Shown: positions 50,613 through 64,000 of the stretch, piece by piece
How the letters are laid out: each line of letters begins with the position of its first letter
Numbering within the stretch: the stretch's first letter is position 1
Source: Folioceros fuciformis
Taxonomy: Eukaryota
Direction of reading: 5' to 3'
DNA: 64,000 nt
Assembly (NCBI GenBank): GCA_049999805.1
Contig: JBNGIO010006320.1
Span: forward strand, 68,842 to 132,841
Made by a program: the position numbers and the translations under genes
Notes under the pieces: generated by a model
Seen by the model: only the letters and a program-made list of their open reading frames with translations
Database searches by the model: none
What the model was told of the DNA's origin: nothing

Positions 50613-52632
50613 ATGGAAGCTGCAGGCGATGCGCGGGCTGCTGGCGGGGTGCGCGTCGGGGGCGCCGTCTCCAGGCTTGCGATCGCCAGGCTCGCGGTCT
50701 TCGCTGCGCTGCTCCTCTGCGGAGCGGGCTCTGCGGTTTCTCAATTCGATGATTTGCGGGACAAGTTTGTGACAGTCAGTGGCGTGCAGTTGGTCGTGGA
50801 CGGGAAGCCGTTCTACGTGAACGGATGGAACTCGTACTGGCTCATGGCCAAGGCCGCGGAGCGTGTTTTCGAGCTCCAAGGCTCGGGGAGGAAGAGCGAT
50901 CTTGAAAGCGGTTGGGAGAAGGCCGGCGCGCTGGAGGAGGTGAAGCAGGTCTTGGAGCACGGGTCGAATCTCGGGATGACTGTGTGTCGGACCTGGGCCT
51001 TCAGTGACGGCGGGTACCACGCGCTGCAGATCGCGCCGGGCCGGTACGACGATGTCGTGTTCAAGGTATGCTTGTTGTCGGATTGAGTTGTTTCAGTGGG
51101 AACCGGGTGATTAGGCGGTGGTGGAAGGTGTTGAGACGCATTAGGCCTGTAAGATTTTTTCTTCGTCGTCTTCTGATCCTTTTGTGTTGTTGAGGTGAAG
51201 AGCTGGATTTTGGAATCTGTGCCCACGTCTTAGGAGTGTATGAACGTTTGTTAGGTGCCGGACGTGGCTGGTACGGGGCCGTCAAGGTAGGTGGGAATGA
51301 GTGTGTGTGTAGCTTGCGCGTCGCGCGTGCTGGAAATCGAAGGTCGGATGAAGCTGGCCGAATAGTGACCTAATGTGGAGACTTCTGTTTGGAGACAGGC
51401 CTTGGATTATGTGGTGGCAGAGGCGAGGAACCACAATGTGAAGCTGATTCTGTGCTTGGTGGACGACTTAGCCTCATTTGGTGGCAAGCCGCAGTATGTC
51501 AAGTGGGCCGTGGAGGCTGGTCATCACTTGAGCCTCCCGTCCAATGACTCATTCTACTCTGACAATTTCATCAAGAATTATTACAAGCGACATGTGATGG
51601 TGAACAGTGCGTCGTTTGCTCTGCGAAAGTTCTGCTGTTATGTGCTGCTTCAGTTGCATTTCAGTTACAGGGTCGTTCTGTTGCTGCAAATTGCAGAGAG
51701 TGGTTACTCGGGTCAACACAGTGACGGGATTGGCCTACAGGGATGATCCCACGATACTGGCCTGGGAGCTGGTGAACGAGCCTCGGTGTGCTTCTGATCC
51801 TACTGGTCACACCTTAAAGGTAATCACTGACGTTCCCTGAGGTGGCTGTGTCAGCTTTCAGGAATTGAAATCGATGGATCAACCTCCCCATGGGGGAACC
51901 TAATATCATGAACGTGGCAGGCTTGGATAAAAGAGATGGCAGCCTATGTGAAGATGCTGGATAGCAAACATCTTGTCACGGTTGGCTTGGAGGGCTTCTA
52001 CAATGGAGCCAAAGGTGCAAACTTAAATAGACTTGGTGCCAATCCTGCTGGGGGCTGGGCTCAATGGCTTGGCACTGACTTCATCGACCAGAACAAACTG
52101 GAACATATTGATTTTGCCTCAGCACACGGTTATCCTGACACCTGGTGAGCCCCTGCTGATTGATCTACGAGGGTCCTGCACACGCACACGCCATGGGCAA
52201 CACATTAACTCATTCCTGTTGTGCAGGGTACCTTTTCTTACCCCTGCGGAGAGACTAGATTTCTTCAACAATTGGGTAGACGTGCACATCGAGGATGCGC
52301 AACAGCTACTGGGAAAGCCAGTTCTCTTCTCAGAGTTTGGCATCTCAGCAGAGACGAAGGATTTCGAACCGGAAAGCAGGCACAGGTTGCTCACTTCCAT
52401 GTTTCACAGAATATGGGAGTCTGCGAAGGCAGGCAGAGCAGGTGCAGGATCACTGGTTTGGCAGTTTGTGGCACCCAACATGAACAAATTGATCGACTCC
52501 TTCTCGATTGTGCCCACTCGGCATCAACATATCGCGGAGCTTTTCTCTGCCCACTCATGCAGATTGCTGACAGTGTACAATCCTCTGCACGCCCAAGCAT
52601 GTGCTCTTCCAGTTCAGGACAAGGCGAACTAA
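50613..52632 (+). CDS. MAN: Glycoside hydrolase family 5 endo-beta-1,4-mannanase, multi-exon
   Basis: Signal-like hydrophobic stretch, then [27 protein letters not shown] (acid/base Glu), GLEGFY and KPVLFSEFG (nucleophile Glu). Confidence 0.93.
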
Positions 52633-53108
52633 TTGGCCTTGTTTGTACGTCAAGGACGGGGGCGTCAGAGTCCTAGAAATAAGTGCAATCCTTGTACTTG
52701 CGCAGTAATGCCGTTTATGTAGTTGACGTGTACAGTGGTGAAACAAAAAGTTGGTGGCCCCAGGCTGTGACGGCGATGATTGCCCTGGACAATGCCGTCA
52801 GAAACAAAATATCCAGGCAATGATCCCTCCTAGACTCACAACCGCGTCCACGGTGTTGTTGTTTACCGGTTCTCCCTCGGCACAAAGGCCGAGACGTTTG
52901 GGAAAATGCAAACACAAAGGACATACTGCATGTAAAGGATGTTTCCGCACATGCACACTGTGGAAAGCGTCCTCAAGGACCAAACGAAGGTTGAATGTAC
53001 CACGCCATCCGAGTATCAATTTCCTGCTAGAATTGAAGGACTTGCACGCTTTCCGCGTCCGGTGGAAAATTGGTGACCACAGGTTGCAAGGGCGTTCAAG
53101 GATCGTTC

Positions 53109-54760
53109 TCACCGAGGTCGCACGAAGAAACTGGTTATTTTGCGTGAACCAGCGGCAGCCGAGGCTGATTTCTTGGTGGGTCCTTTTTGACCACTTGAGG
53201 CAACCTACAAAAGGAACTGGTTTAGTTTGGGGAAGATGCTGCAATGGAAAGACTATGCAGGGTCTGCAGCCGAGAATATCTTACAGGTACCGGTTTCATG
53301 GGCTCTGCTAGAAACATGTGCGTCTGCGCATCAGAACGAGCCTTTTTATGGGCTTCAAAATCCACCCTGCAGGAAGTAGAGTTGGGTCAGGAGTACAGTA
53401 CTGCATCCAGTGCAAACCATGCACGCCAAGGCGTCCTAGAGCGACCGTGCACCTTAGATGGGTGCATAGCATCTGAAGCCATGGATCCGGCTTCAGGTAC
53501 TCCCCAAGCACACCCACAGCATGCACCTCTGCACACGCGCAGGAAGGAGATGTCACACCATTTCCTCGGATAGTGGAATAATGCTAAAACGAACAGGGTT
53601 ATTCACATGTGAGCCTTACTCATATCATCTTCACTTAGGGAGCCGTAGGCACCACCTTTGAGGGATGCCAAGGCCCTTGAAGTCTGCCTGACCTACAATC
53701 CATGCCACTTGTGCTTCAGGTTCCTGACTTCGCAGACGAGTTGCAAGCAGATGTGGCCAGACAAAGCGTACCTTGCAACACAGCCATGCCAAAGCCTTGT
53801 TGTCATCCAGTCTGTAGTACTTGACCGAACCCAGTTCTGACAGGTTTCCCACAGCTTGTAAGGTGCCATGAGGGGACAGCATGCGATGCCAGCACCGAAA
53901 CCTGGGCTCTCACCTCGGACTTCACAAACAGCTTGAAGTGAGTTCCCAAGGAGAGGCAACAGACGAATGTAACTGGGATACCCATCCACATCCAGAACCT
54001 CGTCCAGTGCCCTGAACTTGCCTGCGTCATCACCTCTCTGGACCGACACAATCGTCAGCTAAAGGTCGCCAATGAAAGGTGGAACACCTGTGGATATCTA
54101 GGCACTCACTTTCATGCGGGCTTTGTCCAGGAGTGGCAAGAGGAGAAAAATTGGATCAACAGGTGATCCCACGTATAAGCTCCCATCTGCTTGCACGATC
54201 CCCATTGCGGGAGGAAACTCTCAAACACGTCAGTCACATCTGTACACTCAGCAGCACCCACATGCCGCAATGAGGTACAAGAACCCAAGCACTATCTCAA
54301 CAAAACCAATGACTGGGCGCTCTATCGTCTCACCTTCAACCACAGAGTCGCCTACGAACCAAGACCCATACCGTTGTTTAAACCAGTGAACCTCCTGAAC
54401 TGTTCCATCCATTACCATGTACAAAGCCTTGCTTCCTACTCCTCCAAGACAAAACGCATCACATCAAGAGTCACATCAAGCATGCAACAAGCAGACGACT
54501 GCCATGCTGATTTCATTTCACTGAGCTGACCAGGACAGCAATGGTTGCTAACCGGATTTCGGGTTCTGCAAATGTACAAATTTGCCATCCAGCTCCTGAC
54601 TCGTGCTTTCGGACTTGCTCAAAGAGGGAGCTGTCAGGACAAGCCGGTTGCGCATAGTCAGTCCCACCACACATGATCCAATCTGCTGCTGTTGACAGTA
54701 TTCGCATGTACCATGTGCAATCAGAACGCGGATGTCCGAGCTTGCGTTGCGTGAACACAT
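53109..54760 (-). CDS. RNASEH2B: Ribonuclease H2 subunit B, multi-exon
   Basis: LQNPKSG, QEVHWFKQRYGSWFVGD, PVDPIFLLLP, YYRLDDNKALAWL and a C-terminal PIP-box-like KITSFF before the stop at 53109. Confidence 0.88.
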
Positions 54761-55009
54761 GGCCACAAGCAATCTGTGCTTCCTCCTGCTGGCAGCCCTC
54801 GGAAACTCTCGTATTTTGTTGGCCTCCTTTTCCGCGGGAAGCAAAATTATCTACCATTATATCGCGAACCCATCAGAAACTTTGTATTACAGCGTTGCCG
54901 CCCTAAAATTGACAGCTTTCACGACGTCTCACAAATCGTTTGTCTACAGGACGGGAATGTAGTCAGCCAGCCGTGCTTACCCGTTTTCGCGACCACGATT
55001 GACAACGGT

Positions 55010-58000
55010 ATGGAGCTGATTAGTGGGGCTTTGGGATGCTCCAAGCTATTAATGCCAACAGGGAGTTGTTGCAACAGCACCAGCAGCAGCCTTGCTGTAT
55101 TGTATGGTAGAACCGACTACAGTGCGGTTGCTGGCAAATTGAGGGACAGCATTGTTTGCCCAACTAGTGCTCCGGTTTTCTGCCAAGCCAGCACCTCAGC
55201 GGTGACAGAGAATCCAGCGAAGGAGAGGGGAGTACGCCTGGAGGGCTTTGTGGAGCAGGAGAAGAAGAAAAAGCCACTGAAACAGCACAGGACGTGGAAT
55301 GCGGGGCAGAGAACGTCGGCGGAGAAATTCCAGAAGAAACTGAAGCAGCTGAAGCGGTCCGCCGCCAGGGAGGACCGTTCTGGGGCAGCTGATGGCAGCA
55401 GTCTGAACCAGTATGCAAGTGGTCAAGCGACTGGTGTGAAGGCATTTGTTGAAGATGACTCTGATTGCGACAAGGATGAGTTGGAGTTGGAGTGGGACGA
55501 GGAGGAGAAAATGGCTGCAGCACAGCAAGTGGTGCCCTTGGCGAACGCATATTCGGGAAGCGAATTGAATTGTCAACACTTTTCAAGGTGTGATGCTGTT
55601 GCTTGTCAGGCTTTACACTTTGGCTTGGTTCCGCTGAGGTGGTAGCTGTCCTTGACGTAAAGTTTACCCATAGATGCTCAGGATGTGTGTTGGATACTGC
55701 CTTGGACCGTCCTCCTGTTCTACGGGAAGCTGAAAACTATTTTGCCCAGTTTGGGATCCAGGACTTCTCTTTTTATTCGGGCAACGTGGTAGGTTTGTAA
55801 TTTTTCAGTTAGGTTGTGCACAAGACTTGACGCTGTTTCTCCCCAGTATTTTTGGCTGAACTTTTGGGGACTGCTTGAAATTTTGAGAGTAGCTGCCTTA
55901 GACTTCTTTCAGTAAGGGTAGATTGGTGCAGTGGGCGTGGAGGTGCAGGGCCAAGCTTGCGGTTCGGGGCACATCAGATAACCCACAGATCGGGATTTAT
56001 GAGGAAGGGAGTCATAGCGTGGTTAGCATTCCATCATGTCGGGGTACTTCATTGATACACACTGATGCATCTTTTCGCGGATTGCTTTCTCTAGACGTTT
56101 TTATAAACGTCATTGGTGACCTTTTTGCGTTTCGGTGGTGCAGTCCATCACCCAAGAATAAACGAAGCTGTAGAACTACTCAAAGCAGGTTCGTGTTACA
56201 ATCCGTACCATTCTGCATCGGGTGGTCAACACAGATGATCTAGGAATTGGGTATAGTTGTGGCCATTGAACGAAGCGTACATCTCTGTAGGGTCGTCCCT
56301 GCCTTGGCTGTCCCCTGACAGAGTGTTTGCCCATACCAGCAATTATAGAGCTCAGTATTCAGCCATATGATGAGTCTTCTGGAAGTGGGGAGCTGCGATA
56401 TGTCCAGGTATGCCACCTGGCCCTCTGTTTGTCTGTAAGGAACACCGTAGTTAGAGTACTTCCTCGGGGATGGCGTCAATGTGTTCTGTTTCCCCCTGAT
56501 GCAGATGGTGGTGTCTACACACAATACCGCCTTGCCAGATTCTGAACGATATGCCAACGGTATGTTTTTCTGTGACTTTGCAATCGATGAAGAGTCTTTT
56601 CTGAACACTTGTAACAAGTCATGGCTTACTAAGTGTGATCGACAGTTGGGCTTGTCGTCACGCTGCACAGGCAAAGTCCAGATAAGTCTAGTTTGGAATG
56701 CAAGGAGTGAAGACTCGTTTGAGGCAAGACAACTGAAGCCAACTGCTGAGGTGGCCTACTTCACCCAGCCCTACCGCATTTCGGTAACCCCAATGATTTC
56801 TTTCGTATGTCTGACTGTGTAGTGGCGGCTATATTTGTAGCTTCTGTGGCAAAAGGGTGGAGTGAAGAGTACCAAGCCCATCATACACTCTGTATGGGCA
56901 AACTTCCAGACAACACGCACAAATGTTGGTAACGTTTGAAGTTTGTATAATTTTCTGAATGGAGGGTTGAGAACAGCCCCCCCTTAGACCTGCATACTTT
57001 GCAGGTCATTTTCGGAGGAAGGTGGAGGCATATGCTAGGAGAGAGAGACTTCTGGGAACGTCTGGGTGGTGTCAATATCTGTTTTACTCCTTCCTCTTTT
57101 GGGCAGGCTAATCTCCAGGTATCAGAGAGCATGGGTCACGTCATCAATATTACTGGCATGCTGCTATTGGTCGTGTCCACTAAAGTGGCTACTGTTCTCA
57201 GAAAGTCTGGGATTTTCTTTACACCTCGTTCATCTCTTGTTTCCGGGAACAGGCTTTTGATGCGCTTCTCAGGAGACTACAGAGATTTGTGAAGCATGGG
57301 AGTAAAGTTGTTGAGCTTTATGCTGGTGTGGGCACTATTGGTCTTAGTCTAGCAGTGCAGCGTAGCTGCAGGTACTAACTTGCTTTTGTCTTCTCTTCAT
57401 GGGCTTCGGACGGCAGATTTCCGTCGTCTTACCGTAATTTATGAAGTCCGTGGCATAGCGCTGTCCGGTAATTCTCATGGCTTTTGGTGCAGGACTGTGA
57501 GATGTGTTGAAGTGAACAAAGCATCAAAGGGCCCATTTGAAATGTCCCTTGCTCGTCTTCCCGCTTCTGTCGAATCGAAGATCAGCTGGCATTGCGCTGA
57601 TGCTTCTGTGGTGAGTTATCCCCATCTGAATATGTGAGTTGGATTTCAATTGTAGGTCGCAAGATTCCCATAATGTCTGTTCCTCCGCCTTGGGCAGACG
57701 CCAATTCAATGGCTTCAAGGGTCAGAGGTTGTCATTGTCGATCCTCCAAGAAAGGGATTGGATGCGACTGTAATTGAAGCGTTGCGCACCGCATCCCTGC
57801 GTGGACAAGGGAAAACCAAATCCCCCAGCAACATCGTCTTGGACAAGTAGGCCATGTTCATCTTGTGGTGTGATGCACTAGAAGTGAATCATGGCGTTCA
57901 GTGAGGTAGAAATACACTGAATTTGCAGAGTTGAAAAGCGGCCCTGGATTCTCCGCGCAAAGCAAGCCGCTGTGCAGACTGACGGCCCCGAAGACTTGGA

Positions 58001-58479
58001 CTACGATGAGCAGACGTGGCCTGAGACGCTAATATATGTCAGCTGTGGTTGGGAGGCTTTCAAGGCGGTATGGCTCTCCTTGTCTGCAAGACAGGGTTGT
58101 CGTTGCGTCCAAATGTTTTGGGCTGCATGACTGAAATCGTGAAGGTTAATGTGTGCGCTTTGCAGGATTCGACAGCTCTGCTATCCGGTAATGCATGGCA
58201 CCTGGCTGAAGCAGCTGCATTCAATTTGTTCCCCGGAACGAACAGGTTTCATTCTGTCTCCCAGCGTATGTTGGATGTTGGACCTTTTCGTCTGGTTGAT
58301 CAGTAACGTAACTGGTGCACGTCACCTCCTGTCCCATCAGCATGGAGGTGGTGGCTGTCTTCAAGCGAGGCAGGAAAACGAGGAGCCAAACCAAGGGTAC
58401 CATCACGAAAGCAAGGTTGGCAAAGGGCAAGGCCAAGAAACATGCCAGGAGCATGCAAAAGTGTGCGTCTTCAAGGTGA
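55010..58479 (+). CDS. TrmA/RlmD-family RNA (uracil-5)-methyltransferase, probably organelle-targeted, multi-exon
   Basis: CQHFSRCSGC, WRCRAKLAVRG, SFGQAN, ELYAGVGTIGL, VDPPRKGLD, YVSCG and FNLFPGT. Confidence 0.9.
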
Positions 58480-60123
58480 TACGACGATAGGTGGCGGGCC
58501 CGAGCTGCTTTCAGCACGGGTGACCCCGTTGGAGGGCCTACTGAAAGTACATGAATGCCCGCGAAAGGAGGTCACTGCCGTAGTGTCGACTCCCAAGGTA
58601 CTTTCCAGAGTCTGCAGAGGAACTGTACGTCTATAGGCTAGCACAGTGTTCTAATCTAGCCAGGCAGTACAGGCCGCGTGTCGTGGAGAGGCGGCCTTGG
58701 AAACTCGGGTGGCTTCTTTTTGGGAGTACATTGAAAGCACCCCGTGATATGTAAAGTGGTACAGGACAAGGAATCCTGGCTGTGAAGGCAGGAAGGAAGG
58801 GAAGAGGAGACATCGAAGGCGGTACTGAGAAGAGTTCTGGATTCGGGGGAGTCTTGGCAATAACAAGACAGGTGGCCACACGTGTATATGTGCGGCGCGC
58901 CCTGGCGACTGCTTCCTTTTTATTTCTGAATGTCCACAGGCGATGGCACCGCTGTCGCTTGTCTCGTCCAGTGGAAGGCCCGTATATTTCTGGCCACGGA
59001 AGTGAGGAGGAGGAGGCCTTTAGTCAGGGCAAGTAGCCGTGGCCATCCCGTACCGAGAGGCATCCCCGGTGGCAGGTCCAGCGTGTGCTGTCGGCTTTGT
59101 TCTTGGCCTGGCATCTGCCACTTGCCACCTGTATGACACTCACCGACCTGTCACTGTAAGCAAATCCTTGGACAATTGGCAGATTTGCCCATATCCTTAA
59201 GTTGGAAAGCAGATACACATCTTCGTTGGCGGATCCTATCTACTAGTCGCTTACTTCCTTCCTATGAAGGAGTCCATTTTCCCGAGACTGCTGATGGGCA
59301 TGTGCACCTACCTATCCAGGGTGGGAGGCGGGCATTGGTGACCTCCATGACTGCAACAAGCAGGTTATGGGCCCAGGGACCTGACGTCCATGTTTTCACC
59401 GGGCCCGTACTGTGGGGGGGGTACAGCAGCCTGCTGGGCTCCCTGACTCGACTCTTTCCAGCAATGGCGTCCCTCCAAATAGCCCCAGCCTTGTGGGGCA
59501 AGGCAAGCTTCTGGTGCGCTTGCTTCGACGGGCGACGTCTAAATCTGGTGCAGTGCACGACGCCCCTGTCCAAGTTCAGTGAACGGAGGGAAAGATGCCG
59601 TTCGTGGGCGACCCGATGCAGCGTATCAGTCGTTCGCCAGGGTGGTCGTATAGACGCCGGATGGAGAGCAGGTGTGGATTCTCAACCTGAGCTATATTAC
59701 CCCCGCTGTCTGCGGGCCGCGACGATGCAGTTTCTGAAGATTGACGCGAGATTCCAGGCTTCCAAGTTTTCCTGACGAGGCAAGCGAGCAAAGCGCGTGC
59801 GTCTCAATCTCCGAAGCAATAAATGCTTCGGACGATCTGACGTCCTATGTATGTGGCATGGCTTGTGTGTGGCATGGTCACCACGTATAGCCCGCTTACA
59901 TACAACCTAGGTTTCGCCATAAATAAATGGTGATATAACTTTAGTACAACCCGCTTGGTACCGTGGTGTCTACAACCGTGCGCAGGTCATAAACCGAGTT
60001 TAAAACCGTGCGTGGATCACTCCCCTCCAAACCATAGGGCTTGCACACCATGGAGTGTCCATTGCATTGTTCCTTTGTCCATTGGCCCAAGTGCCGGCGA
60101 TTGAATGAAGTGGAAAGCGAGGC

Positions 60124-60270
60124 AAAATACAAAAGATATTTAAAAGATACGGTGAGGAACATACGATTTTGCGAAGGCAGGAATTGGGCATGTTGCTAGT
60201 AAAATACAAAAGATATTTGAAAGATACGATGAGGAACATACGATTCTGCGAAGGCAGGAATTGCGCATGC
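60124..60270. repeat. 77-bp direct duplication
   Basis: AAAATACAAAAGATATTT...GGAATTG(G/C)GCATG occurs at 60124 and 60201. Confidence 0.85.
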
Positions 60271-61055
60271 CACGGATGATGGATCATATCCGAAGCAATA
60301 AATTTCGGAGACTGGGCTTCGGAGCAAGTCGTCAAGCGTAGATTGGCAACTGGTTTAGAAGTTCCCGACTACTAGGAGTTGGGAGCAGACGGGCCCCATC
60401 AGCGCCTCCTATTTACTGCAGGCGTCACTGTGCCGGCTGACGTTGGCCGCAGATGAAGCATGCACAAGTTGGTAACAAGCAGACAAGCTGCTGCGGACAA
60501 GTGAAAACCATCTCCGCTTCGTCTGTGAGGAGAAAGTGTGGTGGCGGCCCGCATGGTCCACGGTCCTTGGACCAGCCTTGCTATGACAGATAATACGCCT
60601 GGTGTGCGTATCCGAGCTGCTGGAACTTCAGTGTTCCGGGCTCGGTATATATTGGACCAGCACAGCCTTCGATCCTCATACTCGACCGTCTGGCCGAGCT
60701 CTTTAGACCAAAGCAGGTGGCAGAGCCAGAGCCAGAGCCAGAGCCAGCATGGGGTTGGGATCCCAAGACTGTTGAATTCCCTTCTGCAGCTCTCTCGGTG
60801 CTGGACTGGAGGCTCCTGCTGGAAGCCGAGGGTGAGGATTCGAGGGAGAGTGGGTGTTTGCGGCTTGATTCTTAAGAGGGTGCATGAGAATTTGATGCAT
60901 GCAAAGGCTCGGGTTTTAAAGATTCGAAGCACACAAGGTTGGAGATTTAGGACAGGGTTTTGCTGGGCTGCGGATTTGGACTTGGACTTGGATTTGGATC
61001 TGCATCCGGATCCAGATCCGAATCTGGATTTGGCCGTGGGGGAGCCGATGTGAGG

Positions 61056-63129
61056 ATGAAGGTGCGGGGGCCGTACTGGGTGCTGGCAGTGGTGGTGGTG
61101 GTGTTGTGCTTGGTGGGATTGCGTTTGTGCAGTGCGGAATTGGGCGGAGGCGGGTATGGGGATGTGGATGGCCAAGGGAGGAGGGAGGAGGTGGCGTCAT
61201 GGACCTGGTCCAGGATGGCCAGCAACGTGCTGGGTGCGGTGATGCAGCTGCGCGGCGGGGAGCAGGAGTACTTGTGGCCGGAGCTCAAGTTGACCCCGAC
61301 GGTAGTGGTGGCGGTGGTGCTGGGGGCCGTCGGGGCGTGCCTGTCCAGTGCCGGGGGGGTCGGCGGAGGGGGGCTCTACGTCCCTCTCTTCAACCTGCTG
61401 CTGGGATTCGACGCCAAGACTGCGACCGCGCTCTCCAATTTCATGATTCTGGGGGGGAGCGTGGCCAATGTGGGCAGCAATCTGCAGCAGTTTCACCCAG
61501 AGGTGGAGGGGCAGCCCGTGATTGACTACGACGTGGCAATCCTGTTGCAGCCTAACATGCTCTTCGGCATCAGCTTGGGGGTGATTTGCAATGTCATGTT
61601 TCCCAGCTGGTTGATCACCGCGCAGCTGGCGCTCATGCTGGGGTACATGACCGTCAGGAGTCTGCGGGGCGCAGTGAAGCGCTGGGCGAACGAGTCGCTC
61701 AAGTTCAGGGAGGTGCCGTGCTTGTCCGAGAAGCGTGAGAAGGGAGATCTGCGCACGCCTCTGCTCCTGTCCACTGCGCACGAGACGAGCACGGGGGAGC
61801 CTGAGACAGCCCACGTCAAGGACAAGGGCCAGGATGGATGTGAAGGAGTGAGTGCGGCGGGGTGCCCTTTTATCAAAAACGAGGCTTTGTGTCTCAGTAT
61901 TCCGGACATCAACCTGAGCAATCCGGACGCTCACATGAACGAAAACGCAAAATGCAAGCCTGGAGATGTGGAAAATCAGTCCACTTCCAATTCACCCACT
62001 CCCAGGACGCCTGGTACGCCAACTCGTCCCAAGCTCACCAAACGTTTGACTTTGGAGAAGGTGTTGAAAACCATGACCACAGGAAGAGAAGAACAGCACG
62101 GCCTTCACAGCACCCCTTCCCCCGCTTCTCTTGATGCTGCGCCCATTCGCGAACGGTATCCTCTGAAAAAGTTGGGGATGCTGGTTCTCGTGTGGTTCGT
62201 CTACTTCGCCATCAACTTGATTCGAGGCGGCAAGTCCAGCCAGGTTAGCCATTCGTGTTACTTGACAGGAAGTGTGTTTACTTTCAAACGCATGCGTTTG
62301 TGTCTGTGTGCTAAATTGCTGCAACTGGCATGGTGAATTCTGCCGCAGAGCTTGTTCACCGTGAAACCATGTGGCGTCGAATATTGGCTCTTGACAGCCT
62401 CGCAGATTCCTGTCGCTCTGGGATTCACAGCCTGGGTTGTCCTGCAGGCCCACAAGTCCTGTGACGACTCCAGCCCAGGAAATCAGGTAGTGGCGGTTCT
62501 CATTCCCAAAACTTGCACTGCAACGTTTTTAAAGGCCCAGAGATTATCAATCTCCATGCAATCTCCTTGTCATGCAGGAGGAGCGTATCACTTATGCACA
62601 CAAGGCCGGAGGTCTGCTACCAGTGATGGCTTTTCTCGCTGGACTAATGGGAAGCATGTTAGGCATTGGGGGAGCCATGGTCATTAACCCTCTTCTCTTG
62701 GAACTTGGGATGTACCCCCAGGTTGGTACACAGCACTTCCACCGGATTTTTCCCCTCATTCATGCTCTCGATTCTTTCTTCGACAGAGAGCTACTAATCG
62801 CAGCAATCTCTCCCCAACAGGTGACAGCGGCTACATGTGCTTTCATGGTCTTCTTCTCCTCCTCCATGTCAGTGGTGCAGTACTGGCTACTGGGCCGTTT
62901 GCCTATGGCTTATGCCCTCTTGTTTGCTGCGATAAGCTTTGCGTTTTCACTAGTGGGGCAGATCGTGGTACAGCGTATCATCGTCAGGTACGGGAGAGCA
63001 TCTATCATCGTCTTCGCGGTCTCGGCTGTTATAGGCCTGAGTACTATAGCCATGGCTGGTTTTGGAGGGTATGCGGTTATCAAAGAATATCTTGGAGGAG
63101 GTTACATGGGATTTCACAAACCTTGCTGA
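61056..63129 (+). CDS. TauE/SafE-family sulfite exporter-like membrane protein, multi-exon
   Basis: SSAGGVGGGGLYVP, IDYDVAILLQPNMLFGISLG, LGIGGAMVINPLLLELG, ATCAFMVFFSSSMSVVQY and YMGFHKPC*. Confidence 0.93.
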
Positions 63130-64000
63130 AGACGGAGCGATTCCCACTGCCATGCGCACCCAAAGAGCTGACACCCACGCTCACGCAGGTACATTCAACA
63201 GCTCCGTTGCACACAATCGGCCACCTTAGTCTGGACGGGTCAGCCGTCCAGGCTACAGCTTTACTGACAGTTCTGCCTTTGTTTGCCAGAGCTGGTTGTA
63301 CCCATTGCACACTTGCCATTCCACTGATGTGTCAAAATAATGACTTTAGATCTGTAACGTTGACACGAAACTCCACTTAAAACATTTTAAAACAGTGACA
63401 CTTCGCTGATTGTAGAAAGTGTGACTTAGCGTATCATGACCATTTGTATCCTACATTTGTGTTCCCCCATAATACAGTCTGCAAGAGAACCAGCAATTCA
63501 CCTCCAGCAGTGTACACTTACTGAGGTGAGTGACAAAATTGAACACAATTTGCGTCTGTGCACAATCCTTCCCCTTAGGTAACGCTGACGATTGTAAAAA
63601 ACAGTAGGCAATGTGCAAGATGGGCCACCAAAGATCGCAAAACAGGTTGGTCCGAAGGAAACGACAGGCTTCCTGCATTCAACGACAGGCTCACTGCATT
63701 CTCACGTTAAAGCTGAACCTTGTGCATGTCTCGAAATGCTGCAAGGGATGTTGGGGACCTTTTACCTGTTACCGACATACGAGATAAGAGCCATTGCAAT
63801 TCTACGCAGTACAGTTAAGCAGGACAAATCAGTGTACAAGAAACTCAGGATGTCAGCAGCAGCTGGCTATCTCAAGTCGACGATCTTCCCTTGCTCGAAG
63901 GACCTCAAGCTCTGTGCTGGCGAGCTCCGATTTTTCTGTCAGTAATCAAGGGTTGGCAGCAAGCAGCAAGCATTTTACGGAAGTTGAAAGTAAGTCATGT

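Noticed and set aside
59176-59775. 199-aa ORF in the intergenic region
   Set aside because: Non-ATG start and no motifs.
63853-63935. Possible last exon of a minus-strand gene (KSELASTELEVLRAREDRRLEIASCC*)
   Set aside because: Too short to identify; the rest would lie outside the window.

Overview
Gene-dense nuclear DNA from a compact land-plant genome. It has short GT-AG introns, plant-type gene families and scaffold N-gaps; a bryophyte such as a hornwort is my best guess, by inference only. About 19 protein-coding loci are reconstructable: an alpha-1,6-fucosyltransferase-like gene, DMP/DUF679, three small HSPs, CCT6, a GUP1-like MBOAT, ATG10, an uncharacterised 4-exon gene, SF3B5, a plastid TPR protein, a MEA1-domain gene, FARSA, ATG6, ATXR2, D27-like, a GH5 mannanase, RNASEH2B, a TrmA/RlmD-like methyltransferase and a TauE/SafE transporter. 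Two repeat/TE blocks (about 23.9-31.2 kb and 37.8-42.3 kb) contain pogo, Harbinger and LINE remnants and minisatellites. The most notable items not visible in the ORF track are: (1) a tandem pair of box C/D snoRNAs whose guide matches the 3' end of 18S rRNA, with a further orphan C/D candidate upstream; (2) a fully spliceable but frameshifted phenylalanyl-tRNA synthetase alpha gene; (3) an in-frame, stop-free, microsatellite-filled intron in DMP; (4) three cytosolic-type sHSPs sharing one intron position; (5) two adjacent intronless genes; and (6) an AUG-stop mini-uORF just before the TauE start codon. I did not find a clearly novel multi-gene system. All homology calls come from recognising motifs by eye, not from database searches.
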